Assembly (NCBI GenBank): GCA_947469285.1
Contig: CANIOW010000008.1
Span: 16,883 to 80,882 of the forward strand
Source: Gammaproteobacteria bacterium
Lineage (GTDB): Bacteria; Pseudomonadota; Gammaproteobacteria; Steroidobacterales; Steroidobacteraceae
Reading direction: 5' to 3'
Length of the DNA stretch: 64,000 nucleotides
The notes beneath the pieces were generated by a model, which saw nothing but the letters and a program-made list of their open reading frames with translations, was not told the origin of the DNA and searched no databases. Positions 46,588-55,949 of the stretch are shown here, piece by piece. Made by a program: the position numbers and the translations under genes. Within the stretch, counting starts at the first letter, position 1. The number at the start of each line of letters is the position of its first letter.

Positions 46588-46830
46588 TCAGCTCTTGCTC
46601 TGATGCTCGACGATGTAAGACACCGCCTGTGCCACGGTTGTGATTTTTTCGGCATCCTCGTCAGGGATTTCCGTCTCGAATTCTTCTTCGAGTGCCATCA
46701 CTAACTCAACCGTGTCGAGCGAGTCGGCACCGAGATCGTCGACGAATGAGGCGTCGGTCGTAACCTCTTCTGCTTTCACGCCTAGTTGCTCGGCGACGAT
46801 CTTCTTGACTCGTTCTTCAACGCTGCTCAT
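46588..46830 (-). CDS. acpP: Acyl carrier protein
   Basis: Start at [18 protein letters not shown]. Phosphopantetheine attachment site [20 protein letters not shown]. 80 aa. Confidence 0.97.
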   Translation of the reverse strand: MSSVEERVKKIVAEQLGVKAEEVTTDASFVDDLGADSLDTVELVMALEEEFETEIPDEDAEKITTVAQAVSYIVEHQSKS

Positions 46831-47018
46831 CGTCTTGTTGTCCTCTGTGGTGAACAAGAGCGGGTACCCCCTACGGCAGGTCCCGGACTGTCAAAGCGCG
46901 GCTAGTTTAAGGGAACCCCAAGCGCGAAGCCACCCTTCGCGTGCCGCAACCGTAAAATCCCCCCAAAAATACACTTAAACTCCAATGAATTCAGTCGCTA
47001 ACGACTGAAACAAGGTCT

Positions 47019-47807
47019 TTACGGCATGTGCATGCCACCGTTCACATTCAGGGTTTCGCCGGTGATGTACCCGCCGCCGGGACCCGCCAGGAACAGAACG
47101 GCTGCCGCAATATCCGCCCCTTCGCCGAGGCGACCGAGTGGGATCAGGCCCGTCATAGCCGTGCGCTGCTCGGCGGTTAACGCACGCGTCATATCGGTGT
47201 CGATGAAGCCAGGTGCAATCACATTGACGGTGATATTGCGTGAGGCGACTTCGCGCGCCATCGACTTGCTGAAGCCGATGATCCCGGCTTTGGCCGCAGC
47301 GTAGTTCGCTTGCCCCGCATTGCCGATCAGGCCAACCACCGAAGCGATCGAAATAATGCGTCCATGGCGGGCTTTCATCATGCCGCGGAGCACGGCTTTG
47401 GAGAGCCGGAACACGCTGGTAAGGTTGGTGTCGAGGATGCTGTTCCAGTCATCTGCCTTCATGCGCAGCAGCAAGTTGTCACGGGTGATGCCGGCATTGT
47501 TGACCAGAATGAGAACCGGGCCTTCGGTGGCTTCGATGTCCGCCAGCAAGGCTTCCACGGAGGCGGGGTCCGTGACGTTTAACAGCGCCCCGCGTCCCGG
47601 CAGGTCCTCCGCTGCCAGTGCGGCGTCAATCTCCGCCACCCCCTCTGGGCGTGTGGCGGTGCCGACTACCGTGGCGCCAGAGCGAGCGAGCGCCAGTAAG
47701 CAGGCCCGGCCAATCCCGCGGGTCGCGCCGGTCACCAACGCTATCTGACCTCGCAGCACCGGGGTGACGTGGGCATGAGGAGCGTGCGCAGGGGGGACTT
47801 GAGTCAT
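47019..47807 (-). CDS. fabG: 3-oxoacyl-ACP reductase
   Basis: SDR with TGATRGIG, NNAG and SVVGLIGNAGQANYAAAKAG (YxxxK). Has an N-terminal extension of about 15 aa. Confidence 0.93.
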   Translation of the reverse strand: MTQVPPAHAPHAHVTPVLRGQIALVTGATRGIGRACLLALARSGATVVGTATRPEGVAEIDAALAAEDLPGRGALLNVTDPASVEALLADIEATEGPVLILVNNAGITRDNLLLRMKADDWNSILDTNLTSVFRLSKAVLRGMMKARHGRIISIASVVGLIGNAGQANYAAAKAGIIGFSKSMAREVASRNITVNVIAPGFIDTDMTRALTAEQRTAMTGLIPLGRLGEGADIAAAVLFLAGPGGGYITGETLNVNGGMHMP

Positions 47808-47822
47808 GTCCGAATCCTTAAA

Positions 47823-48779
47823 TCAAAGAGGATGGCTAAGGGCTTCATGTAGCGACTCGAGATCTTCAAGTGCCAGCATCACGATTTCGCGATTGCGATC
47901 AATACGCCGATTCATGCTGGTTAACACCTTACCTGGGCCGCATTCGATCAACCGCGTGCTGCCCTGAAGGATGAGTTCACGTACGGTGTCAGCCCAACGC
48001 ACTGGGCCGTACAGCTGCCGCACGATGTTGTCGCGAATGCTATCCGGGGTGGTATGGCGCCCAAGATCAATCGCACAGACCTCACAAGACGGTGGCTGCA
48101 CCGCCACCTCCGCCAGTCGTGTGCGGAGTAATTCTCCGGCGCCGCGCATCAGTGAGCTGTGCGCCGGCACACTGATAGGCAAGAGCGCCGCGCGTTTGGC
48201 GCCGCGGGCTTTGCAGGCTTCCATGGCGCGCGCTACTGCCGCGGCGTCGCCGGCGATGACGACTTGTCCTGGGGTGTTGTAGTTCACCGCTTCCACCACC
48301 TCTCCGGCGGCAGCTTCAGCACAAGCCGCTTCAATGGCCGTGTCCTCAAGGCCGAGAATGGCTGCCATCGCACCCGTGCCCTTCGGTACTGCCTCCTGCA
48401 TGACACGGGCACGGTACTGCACCAGTTTCACGGCGTCGCTGAACTGAAAAACGCCGGCACAGGTCAAGGCGGTAATCTCGCCCAAACTGTGACCGGCCAT
48501 CCGCGCCGGCTTCGCCCCGCCGGCCGCCTGCCAGACGCGAAAGGTAGCGACCCCGGCGGCGAGCATCGCTGGCTGCGTACGTTCGGTTTCATCCAAGGCC
48601 TCTTTGGGGCCTTGTTGTACCAGCGCCCAGAGGTTGTACCCCAGCACCTCACTGGCTTCGGCAAAGGTAGCTTCCACCACCGGGTATTGGGCCGCGAATG
48701 CGCCCAGCATCCCCACCGATTGCGATCCCTGTCCCGGGAATAGCAAAGTCAGGGTAGGGTCAACGGGAACTTCAGTCAT
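47823..48779 (-). CDS. fabD: Malonyl CoA-ACP transacylase
   Basis: Start at MTEVPVDPTLTLLFPGQGSQSVGM. Active site AGHSLGE. 318 aa. Confidence 0.93.
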   Translation of the reverse strand: MTEVPVDPTLTLLFPGQGSQSVGMLGAFAAQYPVVEATFAEASEVLGYNLWALVQQGPKEALDETERTQPAMLAAGVATFRVWQAAGGAKPARMAGHSLGEITALTCAGVFQFSDAVKLVQYRARVMQEAVPKGTGAMAAILGLEDTAIEAACAEAAAGEVVEAVNYNTPGQVVIAGDAAAVARAMEACKARGAKRAALLPISVPAHSSLMRGAGELLRTRLAEVAVQPPSCEVCAIDLGRHTTPDSIRDNIVRQLYGPVRWADTVRELILQGSTRLIECGPGKVLTSMNRRIDRNREIVMLALEDLESLHEALSHPL

Positions 48780-48922
48780 CCTGGGCCCTCCAAAACCATG
48801 CCCAAAGGCGGGCGGAGCCGCGCGCAGTATAGCGGCATGGCGCACAGCGTCGCTAAAACGCCCTTTGCTATCATGGAGGGGTCGCCAGCACCCTCCGCTC
48901 GTTTGTTTTCCGAGGTCTACGC

Positions 48923-49387
48923 ATGATCACTCCCCCTACCCGACTCCGTGCCCCGCTCGGCCACGTGGTTTCCCGTGGTTTTACCCTGATCGAGATTCTG
49001 GTGGTGGTGGTCATCATTGGCATCCTGACGGCCATCGTGGCGCCGCAGGTGTTCGGCAAGATCGACGAGGCGCGGGTAACCAAAGCCCGTCAGGACATCC
49101 GCACCTATGAGACGGCGCTGGACCTGTACCGGCTGGATAATTTTCGTTACCCCACTACCGATCAGGGGTTACAGGCGCTCGTCACGAAGCCGGTCGATGC
49201 CACGGCGAAGAATTGGCGGCCAGATGGTTACGTTAAGCAGTTGATGCAAGATCCCTGGGGTAATGACTACCAGTACGTTGCGCCGGGGACTCGCGGTGGG
49301 GCCTTTGACCTCTACTCGATGGGCCGCGATGGTCAAGTGGGTGGCGAGGGTCTGGATGCGGATCTCGGTAACTGGGAAGCGAAGTAA
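48923..49387 (+). CDS. gspG: Type II secretion major pseudopilin GspG
   Basis: Prepilin motif RGFTLIEILVVVVIIGILTAIVAP, then DLYRLDNFRYPTTDQGLQALV and WGNDYQY...DLYSMGRDGQ. Confidence 0.93.
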   Translation: MITPPTRLRAPLGHVVSRGFTLIEILVVVVIIGILTAIVAPQVFGKIDEARVTKARQDIRTYETALDLYRLDNFRYPTTDQGLQALVTKPVDATAKNWRPDGYVKQLMQDPWGNDYQYVAPGTRGGAFDLYSMGRDGQVGGEGLDADLGNWEAK

Positions 49388-49391
49388 GCGC

Positions 49392-49937
49392 ATGCCACGG
49401 CGCCACGCCGCAGGGTTTACCTTGATCGAAATCCTGGTGGTGGTGGTCATCATCGGGGTGATGATCAGTGCGGTGGTGCTGTCGGTAGGGGTGGCGGGTC
49501 GCGACCGCGAACTGGAAGACGAGACCGAACAATTTACTCGTGCCGGAGAGGTGGTGCTGGAACAAGCGCAACTGGAGGGCCGCGATTACGGTTTTCGCTT
49601 CGCACAGGATGGCTGGGATCTACGGGTGTTGGATTCCCGTACAGGAGTCTGGCGCATCATCACCAATGACCGCTTGCTAGGGAGCCATGACCTACCAGAG
49701 GGTCTGGAACAACGACTTGAGGTTGAGGGGCGTCCGGTAGTACTTAAACGCCGCGCGCAGTCCGATGAATCCGTGGCGGCGCCGCAGGGCTTGGCATTTG
49801 GCAGTGGTGAATGGCAGCCGTTCCGTTGGACGCTCGTGCGGCCTGGTAGTGGCGGCGCAGCGGAACGGTTCGTGGTGGTCGAGGGTCGTCCTGACGGCAC
49901 CTTGAAAGTGAGTCCACCCGAGGATGCCAAGCGTTGA
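49392..49937 (+). CDS. gspH: Type II secretion minor pseudopilin GspH
   Basis: Start at MPRRHAAGFTLIEILVVVVIIGVM. 181 aa, in the conserved position after gspG. Confidence 0.85.
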   Translation: MPRRHAAGFTLIEILVVVVIIGVMISAVVLSVGVAGRDRELEDETEQFTRAGEVVLEQAQLEGRDYGFRFAQDGWDLRVLDSRTGVWRIITNDRLLGSHDLPEGLEQRLEVEGRPVVLKRRAQSDESVAAPQGLAFGSGEWQPFRWTLVRPGSGGAAERFVVVEGRPDGTLKVSPPEDAKR

Positions 49938-50509
49938 GCAGTCATCCCCCTACCCGGCAGGCACCGCCAATCACGTATGCGCACTGGCACAGCAGGCGTG
50001 GTTTTACTCTCATTGAGGTCGTGGTTGCCATTGCGATTGTGGCGCTCGGACTGACGGCCTTGTTTACGGTGCTGGCGAATACCGCCGGCAATATCGGTGG
50101 CTTGCGCGAACGCACCTTCGCCAGCTGGATTGCTCACAATCGCATTGCTGAACTTCGTTTAGCTACCGAATTTCCCAGCGTGGATCGCACCACGGGTGAA
50201 CTAGAATTCGCGGCAGGACAGTGGCGCTATGCGCAGGTGGTGTCGCAGACCGCTGTCGATGGGTTGCGCCGCATCGATGTGTCGGTTGGCCCAAAAACGG
50301 ATGCCGGTGGGCGAACGCTCGCTGACACGGATGCCTATTCGATTACCGTCAGTGGGTTTGTGGGCAAAGCCCAGCAAGCCTCCCCGCCGTCTACGGCGGG
50401 TTGGAGTGGTCAGGCGACCGTGCCGGGGGGTGAGGCGCCGCCGCCGCAACAGGCGAGCCCCCCATCCACCCTGCCACCCCGCCCGACGCCCGTGGACATC
50501 AGCCCATGA
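49934..50509 (+). CDS. gspI: Type II secretion minor pseudopilin GspI, with a long leader and a Pro-rich C-terminal extension
   Basis: TTG start with a TTGA overlap with gspH. Prepilin motif RGFTLIEVVVAIAIVALGLTALF. GspI-like core (IAHNRIAELRL). 191 aa. Confidence 0.8.
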   Translation: MSSHPPTRQAPPITYAHWHSRRGFTLIEVVVAIAIVALGLTALFTVLANTAGNIGGLRERTFASWIAHNRIAELRLATEFPSVDRTTGELEFAAGQWRYAQVVSQTAVDGLRRIDVSVGPKTDAGGRTLADTDAYSITVSGFVGKAQQASPPSTAGWSGQATVPGGEAPPPQQASPPSTLPPRPTPVDISP

Positions 50510-51111
50510 AACGCGGGCACGGTTTTACCCTGATTGAACTGCTGGTAGCGGTAGTATTGCTGGCTATCCTCGGTGCACTGGCGTTTGGCAGTTATCGCAA
50601 TGCGCGGCAGCAAAGCGACGTGCTGGAGTCGGTGGCGGGGCGCGTGCGCGAAGTCCAGACAGCGGTCGGGCTGCTGGTGAGTGACTTGCAACAACTGCAG
50701 CCGCGCCCTGCGCGCGAACTGTTGGGCGATGGCGTGCGCCCGGCACTGCGTTCGGGCACCAATGGCCAGCTGCTCGAACTCACGCGCGGCGGCTATCCCA
50801 ACGGCGCCGGTCTTCCGCGAGGCACCCTGCAACGCGTTAACTACCGGTTGGAAGGCACGACCCTCATCCGCGAGACCACTGCGGTGATAGATGCCACCCC
50901 CTCCACGCCGCTACTGAAGCGTGAATTGCTGCACCGGGTAAAGTCCTTCACGGTCCGTTTTTTGAGTACCACCCACGCATGGCAAGACAACTGGCCCGCG
51001 CTGGATACGCCACCGGAGCAGCAAGGCCATACCCGCCCGCTCGCCGTGGAGTTCACGCTGGAGACTGAGGACTTTGGTCGTCTCACGCGCTTGGTAGAGG
51101 TGCCGGGATGA
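50506..51111 (+). CDS. gspJ: Type II secretion minor pseudopilin GspJ
   Basis: ATGA overlap. MKRGHGFTLIELLVAVVLLAILGALA. 201 aa. Confidence 0.85.
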   Translation: MKRGHGFTLIELLVAVVLLAILGALAFGSYRNARQQSDVLESVAGRVREVQTAVGLLVSDLQQLQPRPARELLGDGVRPALRSGTNGQLLELTRGGYPNGAGLPRGTLQRVNYRLEGTTLIRETTAVIDATPSTPLLKRELLHRVKSFTVRFLSTTHAWQDNWPALDTPPEQQGHTRPLAVEFTLETEDFGRLTRLVEVPG

Positions 51112-52043
51112 TCGCGCGCCAACACCGCGGAGTAGCACTCATTACCGCAGTGCTGTTGGTGGCCTTGGCGACCTTGCTCGCGACGCGCATTGGGACGCGC
51201 GGGGCAATCGATCAGCGCCGCGCCACCGCCCTGATAGCGCGTGAGCAAGGCTATGAGGTGGCATTGGGCGCGGAAGCCTGGGCCAGCGAGATCCTGCAGG
51301 ACGATGCCAGTAAAAGCCAGAACGACACGCTGAACGAGCCATGGGCCATGCCTTTGCCAGCCTTGCCCATTGATGGCGGATCCGTCGAGGCTCAGCTAGA
51401 AGATATGCAAGGTCGCTTTAATCTCAACAATCTGGTCACTGCTGCAGGTCAACCGGACCTTTATGAAGTGGCGCGCTTCCAACGCCTGCTCGTGGCGCTG
51501 GGGCTGGAGCCAAAATGGTCGCAATTGCTGGTCGACTGGATTGATCCGGACAGTGTGCGCAGCTATCCGGACGGGGCCGAGGACGGTGAATACCTGATGG
51601 GAAAACCGCCCTACCGGGCCGCGAACACCTACCTGACCAGCACCAGCGAACTGCTCGCTTTGGCCGAGTTTGGTCCGGAGCGTTATCGTCGCCTAGCCCC
51701 CTACGTCACCGCCTTGCCCCGAGGCGCCAAACTCAATGTCTGCACGGCTTCAGCGGTTGTCATCGACACCCTGGTCGCCGGCTTTAAGGAATTTTCCGCC
51801 GACCCTACCGCTTTACTGAAGAATCGCCAAAAGGGGTGCTTCCCGACAGTGACGGACTTGTCTGCGGTATTCAGCGGCGAGGACTGGCAGAATGCGCAGT
51901 CGCGCGTGGAGCAGCGTTCGGTCTGGTTCCGTCTGACCACGCGTGTGACAATCGGCACGACGGAGGTCACCCTTTACAGTCTCCTCGAGCGAAATGGTAT
52001 CGGTGGTTCACGCGCAGCCTTGCGCACTTTTGGTACGGAATGA
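51108..52043 (+). CDS. gspK: Type II secretion minor pseudopilin GspK
   Basis: ATGA overlap. GVALITAVLLVALATLL N-terminus, and the FNLN motif (GRFNLNNL). 311 aa. Confidence 0.85.
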   Translation: MIARQHRGVALITAVLLVALATLLATRIGTRGAIDQRRATALIAREQGYEVALGAEAWASEILQDDASKSQNDTLNEPWAMPLPALPIDGGSVEAQLEDMQGRFNLNNLVTAAGQPDLYEVARFQRLLVALGLEPKWSQLLVDWIDPDSVRSYPDGAEDGEYLMGKPPYRAANTYLTSTSELLALAEFGPERYRRLAPYVTALPRGAKLNVCTASAVVIDTLVAGFKEFSADPTALLKNRQKGCFPTVTDLSAVFSGEDWQNAQSRVEQRSVWFRLTTRVTIGTTEVTLYSLLERNGIGGSRAALRTFGTE

Positions 52044-52046
52044 CCC

Positions 52047-53318
52047 ATGAGCGACACGCTGTTCATACGCTTTCCCACGGCGGCTACGGACTCCTCGCCG
52101 TTTGAATGGGTGCGTCTTGATGACGCTGGCGTCCGCGAGGATGGCGGCGTCACGGCTGCCGGCGACCTGGGGTCGCTTGCGGCGCTAGGCGGCACTACCC
52201 GAGTGGTGGTGCTGGTACCGGCGGCTGAAGTCTCGTTTGCCAGCGCTGAGCTGCCGACCCGCAATACCAGCCGCGCGTTGCAACTGGCACCGTTCGCACT
52301 CGAAGAACAACTCGCCGGAGATATCGATACCCTGCACTTTGCCGCAGGCCCGGTCGATGAGGCCGGGCGTACACCGTTCGTGGTGGTCGCCAGAGCCACC
52401 ATGGAACGCTGGCTAGAGCTGCTACAGCAAGCCGGGCTGGTCGCGGCCGCGCTGGTGCCGGACCTGCTGGCGGTTCCGGACAATCCGGGACATACGGTGC
52501 TCTGGCTGGAGGGGAGCCAGGTGGTGGTCCGCCCGCCCGGCCAATGGCCCATGGCGCTGGATGCCGACCCGCTCGAGGCCGCACTGGATATCGCCGGCGT
52601 GACGGGCACGGCTGCTCCGCCGCATGTGCTGGTGTACACCACCGCTGATGACCATGGGGCTGCCGAAGTGGCCCTTGGTGCCATTGCCGCCCAAGTCGCC
52701 TCATTGCGTGTGCAGTTATTGGTGGACGGTGCCTTACCAGCGTTAGCGCGTAGCGCCTTGCATGCGCCACCGGTGTCACTGCTGCAAGGAACCTATGCCT
52801 CGCGGGGTGGTCGTGGCGGTACCGCGAAGCGCTGGCGCGTGCCCATGGCACTTGCCGCCAGTCTGTTGGTGCTTGGCCTCGCCAGTTTACTGGTAGACCT
52901 CACCCGGGCTAAAACAGAGCTGCGCCGGCTGGATGCGCTCATCGCTGATGCGGCTCATCAGGCCATGCCAGAGGTCAAAAAGCTGGTCGATCCACGCCGC
53001 CAGGTCGAGGCACGTCTCATTGCTGCTAGAGCGCACGGCGGCGCCACCGGCCTGATGGCGGCGCTGAGTGCGGTCGCTACGATGCGCGCACAGACGCCGT
53101 CACTCGAACTGCAGGGTGTCAACTACACCGACGGCACCACAGATTTGGAGGTCACTGCCACTGATGTGGCTGCGCTCGAACAGGTGCGTAGTGGTCTGTC
53201 GGCAGCGGGCTTTACGGCTCAGTTGCAGGCGGCTGGCGCCAGCGCCAATGGCACTTCAGGACGCTTGCAGCTGGTAGCAACAGCGGCAGGCGCCGCTGGT
53301 GTTGGAGCCACGCCATGA
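52047..53318 (+). CDS. gspL: Type II secretion inner-membrane platform protein GspL
   Basis: 423 aa. Cytoplasmic actin-like N-domain, a single TM (ALAASLLVLGLASLLV) and a periplasmic C-domain, in the conserved position. Confidence 0.8.
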   Translation: MSDTLFIRFPTAATDSSPFEWVRLDDAGVREDGGVTAAGDLGSLAALGGTTRVVVLVPAAEVSFASAELPTRNTSRALQLAPFALEEQLAGDIDTLHFAAGPVDEAGRTPFVVVARATMERWLELLQQAGLVAAALVPDLLAVPDNPGHTVLWLEGSQVVVRPPGQWPMALDADPLEAALDIAGVTGTAAPPHVLVYTTADDHGAAEVALGAIAAQVASLRVQLLVDGALPALARSALHAPPVSLLQGTYASRGGRGGTAKRWRVPMALAASLLVLGLASLLVDLTRAKTELRRLDALIADAAHQAMPEVKKLVDPRRQVEARLIAARAHGGATGLMAALSAVATMRAQTPSLELQGVNYTDGTTDLEVTATDVAALEQVRSGLSAAGFTAQLQAAGASANGTSGRLQLVATAAGAAGVGATP

Positions 53319-53830
53319 ATTTAGCCAAGCTCCGTGACACTGGGACCGCTACGCTGCGGCCGCTCAGCTTGTGGTACGCGACGCTGCAGGCGCGTGAACA
53401 GTGGCTGGTTTCACGCGGGGCGGTCGCCGCCTTGCTGTTGTTGCTGGGCGGAGGGCTATGGCAGTTGCATGGCACAGTACGGCGTGCCGAAGCACAGGTG
53501 ATGCGCAAGCAGGATGACCTGGCGTATATCGTCACGCATTTGTCCGAGCTGCAAAGCGCTACACCGCTGGCTGCCGACGCAGGCACGCCGCTGCTCGTTC
53601 TCATCGACCGCACCGCCCACGATGCTGGGTTAGCGGACAAAATTACCAGCACGGATCCTGAAGGCGAGAACGGCCTACGCGTGCGCCTCGAGAATGTAAC
53701 TTTCGACACGGTGGTGCTGTGGGTCTCGTCGCTGCAAGCGGAGCATGGATTGACCGTGCAGTCGGCCAGCATCGCACGCACCCCGACGGCGGGCGCAGTC
53801 ATCGCTACGTTCGTCCTAACGCGCGGGTGA
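53315..53830 (+). CDS. gspM: Type II secretion protein GspM
   Basis: ATGA overlap. 171 aa with a single N-terminal TM, in the conserved position after gspL. Confidence 0.8.
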   Translation: MNLAKLRDTGTATLRPLSLWYATLQAREQWLVSRGAVAALLLLLGGGLWQLHGTVRRAEAQVMRKQDDLAYIVTHLSELQSATPLAADAGTPLLVLIDRTAHDAGLADKITSTDPEGENGLRVRLENVTFDTVVLWVSSLQAEHGLTVQSASIARTPTAGAVIATFVLTRG

Positions 53831-54588
53831 TGCGCTTACGGTATGCCACTGCCCCGCGGCGTCAGTGGGTGCCGCTCACGGCTCTGGCCTGCCTCATTTT
53901 TCTGTTGTTGGTGTATTGGCAGTTACCGGCAAGCTTGTTATTACGGTATTTGGACCTGCGGAGCCTGCAAGGGTCACCCGTGGCAAGCGGCACGCTGTGG
54001 CAGGGATCTCTGCGGCAGGTGGCCTGGCCTGGCGTCCCGGTGAATGAAGTCCGCTGGACGCTCTCCCCGTGGTATGCGCTAAGCGGACATCTGCGTGGGA
54101 GGGTCTCTGCCCGCGGACCGAGCACTGCAGCGTCCGCCACCTTTCGCTTCACCCTCGACGGCAATGGCGAGCTGACCGCCGCGCAGGGACGACTGCCATT
54201 GGCGGCACTCCAACCCACTGCGCGTGCGCCTTGGCAGGGGGGTGTCGAGTGGGGTTCCAGCCGCCTCCAGTTTTCACACTGGCGACCGACCGCTCATGCC
54301 GGTTGGGTTGAGGTGCATGATCTGCGTGCACCCACGGCCACCGCCACGCTCGGCAGTTTCCGTGCTGACTGGGACCACTTAGAGGATACGCAGGGCCGCG
54401 TTCGCGAGCTGTCGGGCGCGTTAAAATTGCGCGGATCGTTGCAACGCTTGCCCTTGGGTGGCTACCAGTTGCATGTCGAGGTGCGGCCGCAGCCAGCGGC
54501 GACGCCCGTCCAGATAGCAACGTTGGCCATGTTCGGTCCGGCCGATGCCACGGGGTTGCGCACGGCGACCCTGGAGTTCGGGCACTAA
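53830..54588 (+). CDS. gspN: Type II secretion protein GspN
   Basis: Start at MRLRYATAPRRQW, with a 1-nt overlap with the gspM stop. N-terminal TM (LTALACLIFLLLVYW). 252 aa. Its position is as for XpsN in Xanthomonas-type clusters. Confidence 0.7.
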   Translation: MRLRYATAPRRQWVPLTALACLIFLLLVYWQLPASLLLRYLDLRSLQGSPVASGTLWQGSLRQVAWPGVPVNEVRWTLSPWYALSGHLRGRVSARGPSTAASATFRFTLDGNGELTAAQGRLPLAALQPTARAPWQGGVEWGSSRLQFSHWRPTAHAGWVEVHDLRAPTATATLGSFRADWDHLEDTQGRVRELSGALKLRGSLQRLPLGGYQLHVEVRPQPAATPVQIATLAMFGPADATGLRTATLEFGH

Positions 54589-54608
54589 GCCGGTGCGCTG
54601 CGCAAGGC

Positions 54609-55904
54609 TCAGGAAACGATCTTGAGACCGGTGGTGCGCGCAGCTGCAGGCGGCAGGGCGGCGTGGGTGCTACTGGTATGGGCGAGAACGTGGGCGTCCA
54701 GCTGGTCTTCGATACGGCGGAAGACCTCGTCCAGGGTGTCCGGCAGCGGCAAATGGGTAATACGAAAGTGGTTGCGATAAGGCACGTTGAAGGAGCTGCC
54801 CGGGGCGATCAGGACATGCCGCTGTTCCAGCAAAGCCATGGCGAATGACTGGTCATCAAACGCGGGCACCAGATCTTCCCGGACGCCAATGAACGAGTAC
54901 ATAGCGCCGCGTGGAGGTGGCGACAGGGTCAGGTATTTGCTGCGGCCGACACCAGCGAGGATGGCGGCGCGCGAAGCATGCAAGCGTCCTCCCGGACGCA
55001 CCAGATCTTTGATGCTCTGGTAACCACCAATAGCGGTTTGCACCGCCCACTGTCCAGGCACATTGGCGCACAGTCGCAATGATGACAGCAGTTCGACCGC
55101 CTGCAGATACTCCGCAGCGCCATCGCGCCGCCCGCTGAAGACTGCCCACCCCACACGATAGCCGCAGGCGCGCCAGATCTTGGACAGGCCGGACAAAGTG
55201 CAGCACAGGGTGCCGTGGACCAACGTGGCCATAGGCACTGCGACGGCCTCGTCGTAGGTCATCTCGTCGTAAATTTCGTCGGAGTAGACGACCAGCTGGT
55301 GTTGTTCCGCCAGACGCGCCATCGCCTCTAGCGTTTCACGCGGGTACACCGCGCCCGTTGGGTTATTTGGGTTAATGATGACCAGCGCCCGGGTGCGGGG
55401 AGTGATCAGGGCCGCGAGCTCTGCTGGGTCAGGGACAAACCCATTCTCCGGGCGGCAGGGGTAGTGCACCGCACGGCCGCCATTGAGGGTGACAGCAGCA
55501 GTCCATAGCGGGTAATCGGGGCTTGGTACGAGGACTTCGTCACCGTCGTTCAATAAACCGCGCAAGCACAGGTCGATCAGTTCGCTGACCCCGTTGCCAA
55601 TAAAGACGTCCTCGGCGGTCACTTCCCGCACGCCCCGTGCCTGTTGTTGCATCACCACGGCTTCGCGTGCTGGAAAAATGCCTTTCTGGTGGCAGTAGCC
55701 TTCGGCAGAAGCCAGATTTTCGATCATGGCCAAGCGCATGGTTTCCGGCGTGCGGAACCCAAAGGCGCCCGGATTGCCGATGTTCAAGGAGATGATTTCA
55801 TAGCCCATCCGCTCCATTTCATGAGCGCGACGCGCCAACGTCCCACGGATCTCGTAGCGGACGTTATTGAGGCTCTGGCTGGCACGGATGATGGGGGTGG
55901 ACAT
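54609..55904 (-). CDS. alaA: PLP-dependent aminotransferase, AlaA (glutamate-pyruvate aminotransferase)-like
   Basis: Collinear with E. coli AlaA: LNIGNPGAFGF, YCHQKGIFPAREAV, IGNGVSELI, LVPSPDYPLWTAAV, IINPNNPTGAVY, SDEIYD, LSGLSKIWRACGYRVGW (PLP Lys). Has a C-terminal tail of about 25 aa. Confidence 0.85.
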   Translation of the reverse strand: MSTPIIRASQSLNNVRYEIRGTLARRAHEMERMGYEIISLNIGNPGAFGFRTPETMRLAMIENLASAEGYCHQKGIFPAREAVVMQQQARGVREVTAEDVFIGNGVSELIDLCLRGLLNDGDEVLVPSPDYPLWTAAVTLNGGRAVHYPCRPENGFVPDPAELAALITPRTRALVIINPNNPTGAVYPRETLEAMARLAEQHQLVVYSDEIYDEMTYDEAVAVPMATLVHGTLCCTLSGLSKIWRACGYRVGWAVFSGRRDGAAEYLQAVELLSSLRLCANVPGQWAVQTAIGGYQSIKDLVRPGGRLHASRAAILAGVGRSKYLTLSPPPRGAMYSFIGVREDLVPAFDDQSFAMALLEQRHVLIAPGSSFNVPYRNHFRITHLPLPDTLDEVFRRIEDQLDAHVLAHTSSTHAALPPAAARTTGLKIVS

Positions 55905-55949
55905 GAACAGGCTCCGGAACTTGAAGGCGCAGAATACAACAGCGCGGGT

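Noticed and set aside
48875-48909. Terminator-like hairpin GGAGGG-10 nt-CCCTCC followed by TTTGTTTT, just upstream of gspG
   Set aside because: It has only a 6-bp stem with a 10-nt loop, and no plus-strand gene upstream for it to terminate. It could be a leader structure, but the evidence is too weak to call.
51974-52684. 236-aa Ser/Ala/Pro-rich ORF antisense to gspL (a second lies at 52195-52851)
   Set aside because: Its low-complexity composition is typical of antisense GC-rich frames. The gsp operon frame is consistent, with ATGA-coupled neighbours.
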